Below, in pieces: positions 50,547 to 63,381 of a DNA stretch of 64,000 nt (its first letter is position 1; each line of letters opens with the position of its first letter). The DNA is taken from the NCBI GenBank assembly GCA_965235115.1, contig OZ249436.1, forward strand, positions 36,148,001-36,212,000. The letters run 5' to 3'. Below the pieces are notes generated by a model, which saw nothing but the letters and a program-made list of their open reading frames with translations, ran no database searches and was not told the origin of the DNA. This DNA comes from Laetmonice hystrix (taxonomy: Eukaryota). Made by a program: the position numbers and the translations under genes.

Positions 50547-52491
50547 CAGAAGATTGATTAGGATAAGAGGTCTCCGGTGCAAAGAATTGGATTTGCGTCA
50601 TATTTCAGACCCCTCCAGGCAGCTGTTTATAAACGACTAAATTATTTCCATTCCATCGTTACTGTAGGAAGGCAAGTGGCGAGTCACAGAAATGGGTCCA
50701 AGTTTAACCACAGAACGTGTGTGCACTTGGCATGAATAGTTTCATCGCCGGACGGCTACTATGAATTTGTATGAATTAGAGTGAATCCAAAAGAAAATTA
50801 GTATGAGAAAGGTTTTTATGATGGTAAGATTAGGTCGTGTATGGTTGAATAGCACCTCATTGCCTTTTTTCAGGCTTCCACACCGCTACATAGCAGCCCT
50901 GGTGTAGAACAACAAACTAAAGTCATTCCTGCTGTTTTTCCCCAACAGATGATGCTAGACCTAGCTAGGTGGTCTCGAGGGAGAACGTGCGTGCCTTACA
51001 ATAAATGTTGTAGGTTCTGTAGGATGTACAAATGGTAATTTATTCATGACTTGTCACAGATATCAAGTGGATCGCTGGTCGGCTCACTGAGTGTATGAAT
51101 GTAAATGTCTTGTAAATTGTAGCAGAATATGAGGTGCCAGGCTGATTTCTTTCTCTGTGGCCTCTACTTGTTTTGCATGTAAAACGAGGCGTGTTCGATA
51201 CCAGTTAGAATTATCATCATTACAGAGGTATAAAAACATTGTATTACAGTGTTAAAAGTGTAAAAGAAGCGATTTATGTTGCTGTGCATGCATATATTCT
51301 GCTGATAGTACTGAGTGAGAAATGCCGTCCTGGTAAATGTATGGCCACCGTAACTAATGGCATGCATTGTTCGAAATAAATGAGAACCATCACTTCGTAT
51401 TAGTAACGGTTAGCAGTATATATATATAAACTTAGTGTCCTGAGCGTGATTTTCTGGTGCACATAAACTTTATATTTTGGTTTATGTTTATTGTTAACAG
51501 GAGTGGTTGCCCTATGTGGATATCGTTGCAACTTCATTACATGAAATAAGCAAGAGAAAAAATGATAAAAGCGAAAAACTATATGTGAAAAATAGTTTTT
51601 CAGTCAAGGTTTCGTATATTAACAATGTATTTCGTGTTTTACCCGTCAGTCTCGGGGTGAGGGGGGGTGAGGGGAGTTGTCGGGTGTGGAAATTGTCGGA
51701 TTTTTTAAACGCCCTCCGGAGGTAGTTCCATTAACCTGTAGGTCAGAGTGTGACGGTCTAAAAGCTTTACCTGCATTGCTCGGACCTGTCATGTGCCTCA
51801 CCTTTAATCAGGTGCTAACACCGCAGGACGTGCCTTGTCAATGCCTGGTGCCCGTCCATAGCAGATACTGTATGATGGATGAACCAGTCCACCTTGTTGA
51901 CAAACAGGCCGGGGTGACCTGGGGCGTAAACTGAACGCACCTCAGTGTGCAACACTCGGCCAGTTTATCATTTTGTCTAGTCGTTTCATTTGATAAATGC
52001 GTACTTAAGCTCATTTTTGACGCCCAGTATTACTCAGATAAGATAGGCCGCATCTGTTTGCCTCGTGATTGAGTGTTTCAATAAATTATATTTCTTCTTC
52101 ATTCTCTGCAATAGCATACTAGATTACGAGCAACATAATTGTAATTTTATACCCGACAAATTTATACTGCCCTATCTGAAGAATAAAAATATATTTATCA
52201 TGAAAAAGCTGTCGTCATATTTTAGGAATGCAGTGTGTCAAACATCCTTTTCGGCGGTATGGAACTAACGTGGCATGCCAATCGTTGTTACAAACCATGA
52301 ATTAAACATTGAATTTTTTGAATTTTTTTTTTTTACATTAGTGATCATTTATTGCTGAAGACACATACAAGGCCAGGGCCTGTTTCCTGATACATTTTCA
52401 ACAATAGAGCGGTAATTCAGCATCAGTGCAGGTATAATAATGAAACCAGGTGAACACAAATAATGTAGGATGAGGATGAGATGGCTGGATA

Positions 52492-53350
52492 TATCGGGTG
52501 GATAAAAAAAAAACGCCCCGAACTTTAAACTTCAATATTTCAAAAAGTAATGATTGTAATTCAATGAAATTTCTCTTCATATCACTTCATGATGTTGTCT
52601 CTTAGTTGTTAATGTTACAAGTCAATAGCTTGCATAATATTTCAGTGGGGCTAAAAACAAAAATCATTGTACAAAAGCGCAATGCCGGGCTAGAGCGATG
52701 TGTAGTCGCACCCAGAGTACCTGGCCTCACACTCGAGTAGGTGGTCAATCGGTCCCCCGTTTTCACTTCATACTGCTCTCAGTCTCTTTTTCCATGAGCC
52801 AATGCACTTTCTGATCTCTGATAGGGAAATATCTTCCCAACATTGGGAAATATGCAACGTTCTGAATGTGTTGCTAAACGTGATAATGATACGATTTCCC
52901 TTGAACTTCTGGTTACAGTCATATCGTCCTAATGTTGCAGTTTCTCTGTAGGGTTTGGCACATTAAACATCTGTTTTTCTCTAGAAGTACTAGGAATAGC
53001 ACATATTTTATTATATCTAGTGGTCCACAACATTATATATATTGTAAAACATGCAAAAACTAAATATTGAAAATGTTTTTACCCAAGGTACAACGCGGTG
53101 CATCAAACAGGTATCAAATTGGACACCTGGCAGCTGCATGATATTTGACCTAATTCCGGCATTGCGTTTTTAGACACTGATTTTAGTTTTTAGCGCCACG
53201 GGATTAATATCGGAACTATTGAGCTGAACCTTTAATATACCAGAGATAATAGCATGAAGTGATATTAAGAGAAATTTTATTGAATTATGATGCATATTTT
53301 TTGAAATATTAAAGTTTAAAGTTCGGGCCGTTTTTTTTATCCACCCGATA
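52492..53350. mobile_element. Tc1/mariner-like MITE with ~100-bp TIRs and TA TSD
   Basis: TA|TATCGGGTGGATAAAAAAA..GAACTTTAAACTT..ATATCACTTCATG, mirrored at ~53253-53350 and followed by TA. Confidence 0.8.
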
Positions 53351-53360
53351 TATACAGGGT

Positions 53361-53989
53361 GATTAGGCGGCTAGCCGGCCGGCAAGTATCTTTCCATGAA
53401 CGCGGCTGTGAAGCGGCTGCCGCTAAGCGGTCCACTCATCAACAGTCTCATCACAGAACCAAGCTGCCAAGCAAATACTGGTGATAGCCCTAGATGCAAC
53501 AGGTCATTGTTTTACCGATACAATAAATCACGTGTTGCAATTCCATGAAGTTCAGTGTCTAGTAGGCCTATTAGTAGTGTGCATAGGCCTATATAATAGG
53601 CCTAATAATACGCCAAACTAAATTAACAACTATTTAGGCTATGATCCATGCCTGACAGTGATAGGGGATGTCCATCCATTACTTAACGCCTTTTTGGGGG
53701 CTATTTTAAAGACCCCACCCCCTGTAATGACAAGAGAAACGGCCCAAAAAGTGAAAGAAATATGGGGTATCCCAGGGATGACGACATTTTCATTGAATTC
53801 CCTGGCGGCTGAGCCGCGCGGGTCGTAAAAAAATTGAACACTGCTCGATTCTCTAGCCGGCCGGCTAGCCGCCTGGCGGCTAAACGCGGCAATGGAAATG
53901 CTACCATTGGATATTACTAGTTCGATTTTTTCGCAGCCGCCAGGCGGCTAGCCGGCCGGCTAAACCGCATTAATGGAAAGGCACCCTTA
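53361..53989. mobile_element. Truncated DNA-transposon remnant with GGCGGCTAGCCGGCCGGC repeats
   Basis: Palindromic GC repeats at 53366, 53853 and 53943; right end AATGGAAAGGCACCCTTA; no matching left TIR. Confidence 0.5.
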
Positions 53990-54730
53990 TGCTCACAGAC
54001 CTTGTCTACACGATGTGGAGTCCCAACGTTTGTAAACGTCCGAGGTGATGAACACACAAGCAGAGCAAGGTTAGAACCAGCGGCGTCACACATCGGGCAG
54101 TTACACGTTAATTACTTCATTCAGACAACGTAATTGTGGCATTTATTGCCCTGAGGTAAATGCTGGTGTTCCATTTGGAAATTGGAGAATGAGAAATGAT
54201 TTTTTGAAGTGAGAAACTTAAAAAAAAAACACTTTTTTTCTCCGCCCACTTGGAGGCCTGCAATCGTTAAATACGTGGTTGGAGTTAATGACACAAATAT
54301 AGAAGAATATTTGAGCCGTTTGTTCATTACGTATGGGCAATTCACAATGACAATGAATTGTCCAGAAACCTGGTAATATCACCAGTTGATGATGGAGCCA
54401 CAATAGGACGAGCGCTGCGCTGTGCGAGAACCAGATTTGTAATGGGTCGTTGTAGGGGTTTAATGACATCATTGACCAGTATGTTGTATCCTTGCCTGGC
54501 CTGGCCTGCTCCCCGGTGCCCGTATAATTCACAATAACTGCTGTTCCGAGCCCGGCGCTGGCTGGCAGCCTCATTTGGTGTCTGCAGGTCACAGCAGCCT
54601 AATTCGAAACTCATGAGGGATTTCCTTTAAATAATCCCAGTCCTCATCAGGGAATACAATGCTATACTACCCACATTAATTATTAGTCCGCCAGTGGCAC
54701 CATTACTCAGGCCTACTTGGTTGCGTTTTT

Positions 54731-55320
54731 TTAGCTCCCAACCCAATCGAAGGGTGGGGCTTCTACCCTCCGTCCGTACGTACGCAGACACCGATTTCTC
54801 AGAAGTGTATTGGTCAAATTGTAAGAACGTTCACACAATAATTACGGATGGTCTGAGGACAGTTGGAAGATAACGACATAATCTTCATGAAAGCCATAGG
54901 CCTAATGATCAGGGAACGTCTAAGGATGACACAGGTCACATATATTTTTGATATAATTCAAAATGGCCACTTGGTGGCCATCTGGGACACATTTGTAGCA
55001 ATAACCGTTCAGACAAAATTGTCTGAATTTCTTGTAAACTTGGTGACAAGAGAAGGCCCATTTATTTTTTGTCATTTGTTAATATTTCTCTTTCCAGTGA
55101 GTGACTTTTTGAGATCAATCAATTCAAGGTCAGGGACATTTTCGACAATTCATATCTCGAAAACACTTCAAGATAACCACTACAAAAATATTATTATTAA
55201 TGATGGATGAAAATGTATGAAGTTTCTTTGTGACTATATCTCAAAAGTACAAAGTACTCATAGTTCCTCGACCACAGATAATCGCTCTCTATGGGGCCAT
55301 GACTCCGACGGGGTCTTGTT
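54731..55320 (+). mobile_element. Helentron-associated interspersed element (HINE / pearl-like)
   Basis: T-run insertion site, 5' AGCTCCCAACC..GGTGGGGCT stem, CCGT/ACGT microsatellite, 3' GACTCC..GGGGTC hairpin followed by TTGTT. Confidence 0.6.
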
Positions 55321-55663
55321 AAAACATTGGTCGGTGTATACCTTGCCTCTTTTAAGCAATTTCTTTAGGGAAACAGGAAATACTAATAATATCCGTGCAC
55401 ATATGGAACTGACGTCTCAAGAATTTCGTAGTAGAATTCTTGTCAAAACGCGGGACTATCATGGCAGACTATATGAATTGACAAAAAGAGATTTTACCAT
55501 TTTTAGCACGGTCCGATTTGACCGCAGTCATGACCACCGACAGTGAGTGGTGCAGTGGCTTGTTCAGCGGGTTTCTCACGTTCGCAAGATCAGCTTCAAT
55601 TACGACTGACTCTTCTTCCTTTTTTTCCCGTGGCTCTGCGTATCCTTTACTTTGTTCTTTAAT

Positions 55664-56477
55664 GTATAATCACTAGGCTGAGGGTATCTGTATGATCACT
55701 AGGCTGAGGGTACCTGTATAATCACTAGGCTGAGGGTACCTGTATGGTACCTGTATGATCACTAGGCTGAGGGTACCTGTATAATCACTAGGCTGAGGGT
55801 ACCTGTATGATCACTAGGCTGAGGGTACCTGTATGATCACTAGACTGAGGGTACCTGTATGATCACTAGGCTGAGGGTACCTGTATGATCACTAGGCTGA
55901 GGGTACCTGTATGATCACTAGGCTGAGGGTACCTGTATGATCACTAGGCTGAGGGTACCTGTATGATCACTAGGCTGAGGGTACCTGTATGATCACTAGG
56001 CTGAGGGTACCTGTATGATCACTAGGCTGAGGGTACCTGTATAATCACTAGGCTGAGGGTACCTGTATGATCACTAGGCTGAGGGTACCTGTATGATCAC
56101 TAGGCTGGGAGTACCTGTATGATCACTAGGCTGAGGGTACCTGTATAATCACTAGGCTGAGGGTACCTGTACGATCACTAGGCTGAGGGTACCTGTAAAA
56201 TCACTAGGCTGAGGGTACCTGTATAATCACTAGGCTGAGGGTACCTGTATAATCACTAGGCTGAGGGTACCTGTATGATCACTAGGCTGAGGGTACCTGT
56301 ATGATCACTAGGCTGGGAGTACCTGTATGATCACTAGGCTGAGGGTACCTTTATGGTACCTATATGATCACTAGGCTGAGGGTACCTGTATGATCACTAG
56401 GCTGAGGGTACCTGTATGATCACTAGGCTGGGAGTACCTGTATGACTAGGCTGAGGGTACCTGTATGATCACTAGGC
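55664..56477. repeat. Minisatellite, 26-bp unit, ~30 copies
   Basis: Unit GTATGATCACTAGGCTGAGGGTACCT, with ATAATC, GGGAGT and short-duplication variants. Confidence 0.95.
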
Positions 56478-58094
56478 CTCTTTACTAGGTGATAAAAAGA
56501 ACTTCTTTTTAGGCATCCCACTTGTTAGCTTCCTCGAAATGAACAACTAAAATGTAAATCGGGCATTATTAAACTTGCTCGTGCTCCAAATTGATCATAG
56601 AGTAAAAAACTGTTATACGACCACATTAACAAAGGACACGAATTAGTCTATTTCCGGAAATAATTTTTTTGAAACCATTTAATAGATTCAAGTCTCAAAT
56701 TGCTTTCAGTACTGAGAGTGACAGTCAGAGGGGCATTTCGAAGAACCCAGATTAAGGTTCTTACAACAAGGAGTGCAATTAAGTCTGAAGATAGTAGGCC
56801 CCGACTCTTAATTTCGGAAGGATGCCAGAATGCCAGTTGCGACGCGTCAGTAATCACCGCTAAAAGGTGGACTGAACGTTGAGGAAGAAAATTAAATTTC
56901 AAAGAGTGCGAATTAAGTTTTGTCGTCATGAAAAGCTTAATTAAGCATCCTCCTAATTTAAATGCATGAGGTTATTACCAGCTAAAGAGGATGCAACTGA
57001 TTTGCGGCAGCATGATTTACCTGTCCACAGAAATTAATGACTTGATGCAACTTTGTGCGGATAAATGGGTAAGCCACTGTAGGCCTACACGGGATCGTGA
57101 CCATTTGAACGTGTAGGCTGAATGATGCTCCTTTGACCCCCACTCCCAGACCCTTTCCTGGGGGGGGGGGGGGGGGGGGGCGGGGGGGGGGTCTGCGGTA
57201 CGGGGTGCCAGCACCATTCAATGACCATCTGGGAGTTCCCATCGTGCCAACCCATCGTGCCAACTCCTGTCCCAGGGGTCCCTGTCAGCTGGCGGATTGT
57301 TGGGTGTGGAGACAGGCGTAGCCGACGTGGTCTACAATCTGATTACTCGCGGATTAGTCCATGAGCCAGATAGGCCAAAAATGGCCAATCGGTACCAGTT
57401 TGGGGGGCAAATTCTAATATATGCATTTTTGTTAACTCTAATATCCCTAGTTAATATTTCTGCATGATAGACATTTGTAAGTAGGCCTAGTAGCTGAATG
57501 TGTTTTCATGGGTGGGACAGTGCAAATTGCTACTCCAAGATCTTTGTAATCTTATATAGACCACTTGTGCCTACCAATGTCTAGGCTACATAGCATGTCG
57601 TCGAAGCATGTTATAACCATCGGTTTTACAGCTTCATCGACATATGAAGTCAGCTTTGATCAAGAATCTGATGAGTAGGCCTACTCTTATGCAACATAAT
57701 GATCAATGAATTTTCGTGTAATGGCTCTGCTGGTTACTAAACGGAATTAAATGGCCTGAACACGCCGTGGCTTACGATGCATGCATTAAGTCTACAGTCG
57801 AGTACAACAGTGCCAGCCTTAAAGGGTAACTTAAACTTCACGACACGAGTCAGTACTAGACCTACGTATTTAGCGACACCCACTGAACACTGAATCTTCC
57901 TGCAGTTGATTTAATACAAATGTAGCTGGATTCGATTGGGTGGGACAGTAACGCTGTTTCAGTTCCGGGTAGGCCATACCTGCTGGATGTCTTTCTCTTA
58001 GCACAATATTTCGAGGTAGCGCTGGTGTTGAACTTGGCGAAATTATACAATTTGTTTTCGAGGGCGGAGGAGATTATTAGTGGAATATATCCTA

Positions 58095-58900
58095 GTATCG
58101 TCTGTTCACTCTAAGAAGAGCTCGACCTCGGCCTCATTTAAGCTATTAGGCCTTCTTCATTTGGGGTAATACAGAACCACGTGGAATTTGGTCATATTGT
58201 TGAATGACAGGCGGTGATGACTTGTGATACCCCAGCTGTGGGTAGACGGGAGGAGGGGGGGGGGGGGGCAGGTCAGAGCTTTAAAGGGAAATGTGAGTGT
58301 TCGAATCGACCACTAGAATTTTCAAAATATTTTTATGGGGGATAGCCTTTGTCCTTGGGAGTACAAAGAAACAAAAAAAATCATATGTCACCGAATTAGA
58401 TTTTTTTATACAGGCCTCCGTAAAAAATGGGTCTTTACTATAGGTTTCAATGGGGAAAACAGGATTTTTCAGACATTTTGACTAATAGTTAAAAAATGAC
58501 CACCAATTTCTTCTGAAACTCGGTGACAAGATAAAGTGGATCAGGACTAATAGATTAAAACAAAATAAATTGGGGGTCACCAAATCAAAAAAAAAGTTAC
58601 AGCCTGCCAACAGTCAGTGCCTTGGTAAAACACGGGTCTTAACTATAGGATTCAATGGAGTAGACAGGTTCTGGCACACAGTTTGGTTCATGGTTTAAAA
58701 TATACTACTAATTTCCACATCAAACTAGTTGACTGCATAAATAAGCCAAACATTTTTCTGTTAAAGTTCACTATGCGGCGCTTTGAATACTCACATTTCC
58801 CCCGTGGTACCTACGCGACTCACTAGGCGGCGCTTTGAACACTCACATTTCCCTTTAATGAGGCCGAGGTCGAGGTCTTCTTAGAGCAAACAGACTATAG
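58095..58900. mobile_element. MITE with ~45-bp TIRs hosting a Kolobok-like insertion
   Basis: GTCTGTTCACTCTAAGAAGAGCTCGACCTCGGCCTCATT mirrored by AATGAGGCCGAGGTCGAGGTCTTCTTAGAGCAAACAGAC. Confidence 0.7.
58285..58854. mobile_element. Kolobok-like MITE with TTAA TSD and duplicated right end
   Basis: TTAA|AGGGAAATGTGAGTGTTC ... GAACACTCACATTTCCCT|TTAA; a second degenerate right-TIR copy at ~58770-58802. Confidence 0.8.
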
Positions 58901-60067
58901 TCCTAAAAATGAGGCTACCGTCTCAAACCCCGACCTATCTGTTGTCAAGTCATGCGGCGCCGTAGGCCGTTGTTCTCAAAGACGACGTCACAGTCATGTT
59001 CGTCAAACTGCTCCCATATAAGGGAGCGACCATTAGATCGGGGCCTGCATTTGTGACGGCAATTAGTCGAGCAGGACTCCCTGGGTAAAGATGATCAATA
59101 AAAAAAAAAAAATAATAAAAAAAAGAAGAAGATATTTGCGGGGGGGGGGGGGGGGCTGTGTGTTTTTGGAAAAGAATAACTTCGGGTGGACAATTAGTGA
59201 AATAAATAAATTCTCCCTGGCCATGCGCCAAATAAATAATGTGTTATTAGTATCTGAAAATAAATAATGAGTCTCATGTGAAATAAATAAAATTTTGCCA
59301 TGAGGGTTGGAAAAAAAATAATTGAGGCAGGTCGCCCCCTCATCCGACCAGGTAGACAGGACGTGATCACATCTGCCTGCTGGAGACATCCTCAAAAAAT
59401 CACCAGCTCCATCGTAATTAACGTTGGAACGCACTCCTCTATCCATTATTGCTTGAGGTATTTTTAACATATTATCGATAGTCTGTTCATGTCATAATTG
59501 GCTCTCACAGGCCCATTTTATTTAATGCACCATCTATATTTTAGAGAGCGTGCTCGTGTGAAGTCTAGAGGCCTAGATACTAGCGATTTGTTGGCATGGA
59601 AATCCAATATCGGTTTAACAAAGGAAATGGGTAAACTTGGAGCTGGAGTGGGGGTAAAAAGTATGGTAATTAATCTGATAAATCCTCGTGCAATATATTA
59701 GGCAAATGCGCCTTTTAAATATGTAGGCGAACTGTTGGTATATAGCTCCGTTGTATCTATAAATAAGCAGAACAGCGAAATAAAAGTGGGAAATTATCGT
59801 TCAAACTATCTCAAGGCTTTATTTTATGAAATAAAAGCCGGGTCAAACAGGTCAGTCTGGAAAGTGACCGATTGCCTGTCCCCTTCCCATGCACTATATA
59901 CCTGTCAGATAATGATGAGAACAATTCATTGTCATAAAGTTTCAATGGCTAACAATCGTCTCTCGTAGAGATCATGGACATTTCGGAAAGACCGGCAAAA
60001 TAGCAGTAAACTATCTTTACAATGTTTTAATCGGACGCCAAGCAACCATTTAAAGACCGACAGGCAC

Positions 60068-60104
60068 TATAAAAGTGGCGCGGGTGACGACCACCAGCTC
60101 AGTT
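60068..60104 (+). promoter_or_regulatory. Candidate Pol II core promoter (TATA + Inr)
   Basis: TATAAAAG at 60068-60075 and TCAGTT initiator at 60099-60104, about 33 nt apart. Confidence 0.55.
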
Positions 60105-60215
60105 GGCTCTTGGTCCGGTCCCTAAAGATGCGCTAAAACAGCAGAAGGCATGGCTGAAGTAAGCAAACGACTGTGACGTCATCAAGGAGATGAGACGTTG
60201 TTTCTGAGCGGAATT

Positions 60216-60395
60216 ATGTTATTATTTATAACCTTTATAACAGCTACTTTGGTGGCATCACGGCCATTTCCGGACGTGGACCTGTTGGCGGCATTTAGGA
60301 GTTTACGACATGCTGCACGGCGTCACCCTGCAGAGTCATCAAACGGGGCAGTGGTAGATTACGACACAAATTCAGCTTTTTACAGAACCGACTGA
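60216..60395 (+). CDS. Putative small secreted peptide precursor (59 aa)
   Basis: MLLFITFITATLVA-SRPFPDVDLLAAFRSLRHAARRHPAESS..; hydrophobic leader and an RR site, directly downstream of the TATA/Inr. No homolog recognised. Confidence 0.3.
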   Translation: MLLFITFITATLVASRPFPDVDLLAAFRSLRHAARRHPAESSNGAVVDYDTNSAFYRTD

Positions 60396-61416
60396 TTAAT
60401 GACTGTTCCTAGAAGATAGACAGCCGTAAAAACAACATAAAGGCCTATGGGCACTACAGTATATTGTCTGGTGTTACACGATAACATCTTATAGAGTCTA
60501 CATGCTGCCTATATGCCTCATTCAAGCTTTGGCATTTAAAACTGAATTAAAGGCCTATAACACACAGGGTCATTACCAGACCGTAGAATCATAGGAGGGA
60601 ACGCGCCAAGCGAAGTACCAATTATGTGGGAATCCTGACTCAATGCCTCCAGGAAGTTTCAAACTAAGAAGCGAACTCCAAGTACACGTGTACATATGAT
60701 TGGCACTTATGAGTTATTAAGAGGGCCAGGTGACTCAATATTATTGATCTCGCATTTGGTCATCCTCACATCCTCAAAGAAATTGAATATTATACGTGGT
60801 GCGGGCCATTGAAATTCGAACTAAAGCCCATATCCTTTCATGACATTATTGCATGTATGCCATAGCAGCGGATTCTCAAAAGAAGTTACACCCTATAGAT
60901 CTAGGCCTAGTATTAATATTTCTGTCTCAAAACTTTTGAAATATATGATCGCCTTAATGCTTTCGGTGTTCTAAATGTAAGCACCAAGAGAGGGTGGAAT
61001 TCATGCACTGTGAGTGGAAACGCTGAACATGTTTTGTGCGGAGTGTTCATCGTACATCACTGCCTTCATCATGGCGAGTCTGCCGCCACATTCTAATTGT
61101 ATGTATCAGACAGGAGCTCCTTCCTGACATCCAAGTGTCAGACGGCTAATTGCTACTTATTCATTTATTTTTTAAAGGAGAGAAGAGATATGATAATGCA
61201 CACTGAGCCTTTTTATTCAAATTGAATATTCTACACAATAACATTCATACCTTTATTTTGCATAGGAAGTGGCAACTCTTGATCATACATTCCGGGTTTT
61301 ATCAGCGTTGGGACAATTTCTGGCGAACATTTAAAGCAACCGCCGACTATCTCAATGACTCCAATATGCAGACATGAGCTGTTAAGTTATGCCCGGTGCA
61401 ATAAATGTATATCTAG

Positions 61417-61535
61417 ATGGAGAAATTTAATGAAATTCAACATTTCAGTTGTCTGTTGTCGCCATGAAGCGATCGTCTCATGGCTGTAATTGTTGACCTG
61501 GCCTTAACTTGAACAGCCAATGAAATTAATCGGGC
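61417..61535 (+). repeat. Dispersed repeat, copy 3 of 3
   Basis: ATGAAGCGATCGTCTCATGGCTG..TTGTTGACCTG..GAACAGCCAATGAAATT shared with 8216-8399. Confidence 0.75.
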
Positions 61536-62370
61536 TTTGAAATAGCATTGGTGTCTCATATGAGAGAGAGGGGAAAGAGAGGGAAAGAGGAGTGGGGGGG
61601 GGAGAGGGAGGAGTGGGAGAGGGAGAAAGGTCTTTCTCGGATTCAGTGCATGTGTTCTTTCCATAGGAATGTATACCCAGGGTTGTAAATTGCATTGAGG
61701 CAACCGAAATTCCAAAATAAAAAAAAGATGTATTGCAAAAGATTTCTGGAAGAGGCCTTCCAATCCTCGCCACATGAATGCGGCCAAAATCCCTTCAAAT
61801 TTATCGCTCTGACGACGAGGTTTCGTCATCAATCAGAACAGCGGTTGGGGTCTTGACATTAAAAGAATATTTCTGTCAATTTAAAAGCGTTTATTTTTCA
61901 AACTGGTCCCTTCTTAGAATTACAGGGGGAACGCAACTGACCCCCCCCCCCCTCTTCTATGGGCCCGGCTTTGAGTCGACCTACATTAAAATTTAGACGG
62001 TGGACGTTACAGGGCGCTAGACTCATTGACTCATCAGGGTTTGGCGTGACCTTTTCCTAGACCTCTGTACGGAGGTAAATATTGAATGAGCTATAGTGCC
62101 TTGAAGCCCTGACACTGAAGGTAGTTTCTTCCACCTTGGCTAATCAGGCCCGACCAAAAAGTGCTGACAGCTGCCTCATTGACCAATTAAGTCCCTGCTT
62201 TGACACCACAGCCGCCGTCGAAATAGATCAGGCCCGGCGTGAATTTTTTATCCGCCTCTGTCCCTCTCGCTTTCCGTTGTGAAAGTGACGGTTCTTGTCT
62301 GCAACTATAGTCAGTCACGCAGCAAACAATGGGGTCGGTTTCTCATTCGTTGGGCAAGTCGTTTGCCATA

Positions 62371-63363
62371 TGCCACTATTCCACACAGACCACGAATCCC
62401 ACGAATTGCCAGGATTTGATAAATTTTAGGATTCGTGAGGATTCGTGATATTTTGCAAATTTCTTGTCCAATTCGTGATGATGTACGATTCTGTTACGAT
62501 AAAGCTACGATATAATTACGAATATTCGTGGGATTCTGCTCGAACCGCTGAAATATTGTCAAGAATTCATAACGATTTACAAGAATCCATTACGAATACT
62601 GCAAGAACGTTAGGAATCAGTTACGAATCAGTTAAGAATATGCCGAATCAGGTACGATCAAATTTGAATTCGTGACTATTCTTGACAATTCGTGGGATTT
62701 TCCCTGATTTTCCCTGAGAATAGGTATAAAAAGGCCTTCACCCCTGCTTGGCCATCAGTACCAAAAGTCCCCTTGCCCTTGCCTGCAACTTTTCTTGGCA
62801 TCTTGTAACTGATCTCCTGGAGTTCGTCTTCACAAATGACCTGAAGTCAAACGTTAAACTCCTTATATACCCAATTCGCCGGCAATCGTAGCTCATTCGT
62901 GATTGGTTCGTGGGAATTCGTAATAGATTCGTAGCTGCTTCGTACCCTATCGTGAATTCGTAGATATTTCTTACTTGCTTCGTGCCTGCTTCGGTGTGTA
63001 TTCGGGGGATTCGTGACAGATTCGTAGTCGATTCGTGGTCAAGTCACGAATTCCTGAATGAGTTAAGAATACCTACGAGTGCCTACGAATCTATTACGAC
63101 TCAGTTACGATGCCTAAGAATGCACTACGAATTTGTTACGAATTAACTACGATTTTTTGGAATCAAGAGTTCGGGGCCAAAATTTTGAACAGCTCAAAAC
63201 TTTTGCCACAAATTCCCGATCACTCAAGAATTGAAAGAACTCACTACGAATAAATAAGAATCAGTTAAGAACTTCACGAACTGATTAAGATTAAACTACG
63301 AATCCGAGAATTCATCAGTTCGTAGGGATTCGTGAAATTCGTGGTCGGTGTGGAATAGGGGCA
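62371..63363. mobile_element. ~1-kb non-autonomous DNA transposon with ~27-bp TIRs and ACGAAT/ATTCGT internal repeats
   Basis: TA|TGCCACTATTCCACACAGACCACGAAT ... ATTCGTGGTCGGTGTGGAATAGGGGCA|TA. Confidence 0.8.
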
Positions 63364-63381
63364 TAAAGGGCCTGATCCACT

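Noticed and set aside
51760..54600. Minus-strand glycosyltransferase-like fragments (HPGLFVNKVDW; DTTYWSMMSLNP)
   Set aside because: Only faint motif resemblance and no coherent splice-compatible model; needs tBLASTn.
55664..56477. CRISPR-like array
   Set aside because: Contiguous 26-bp units without spacers; an ordinary minisatellite.
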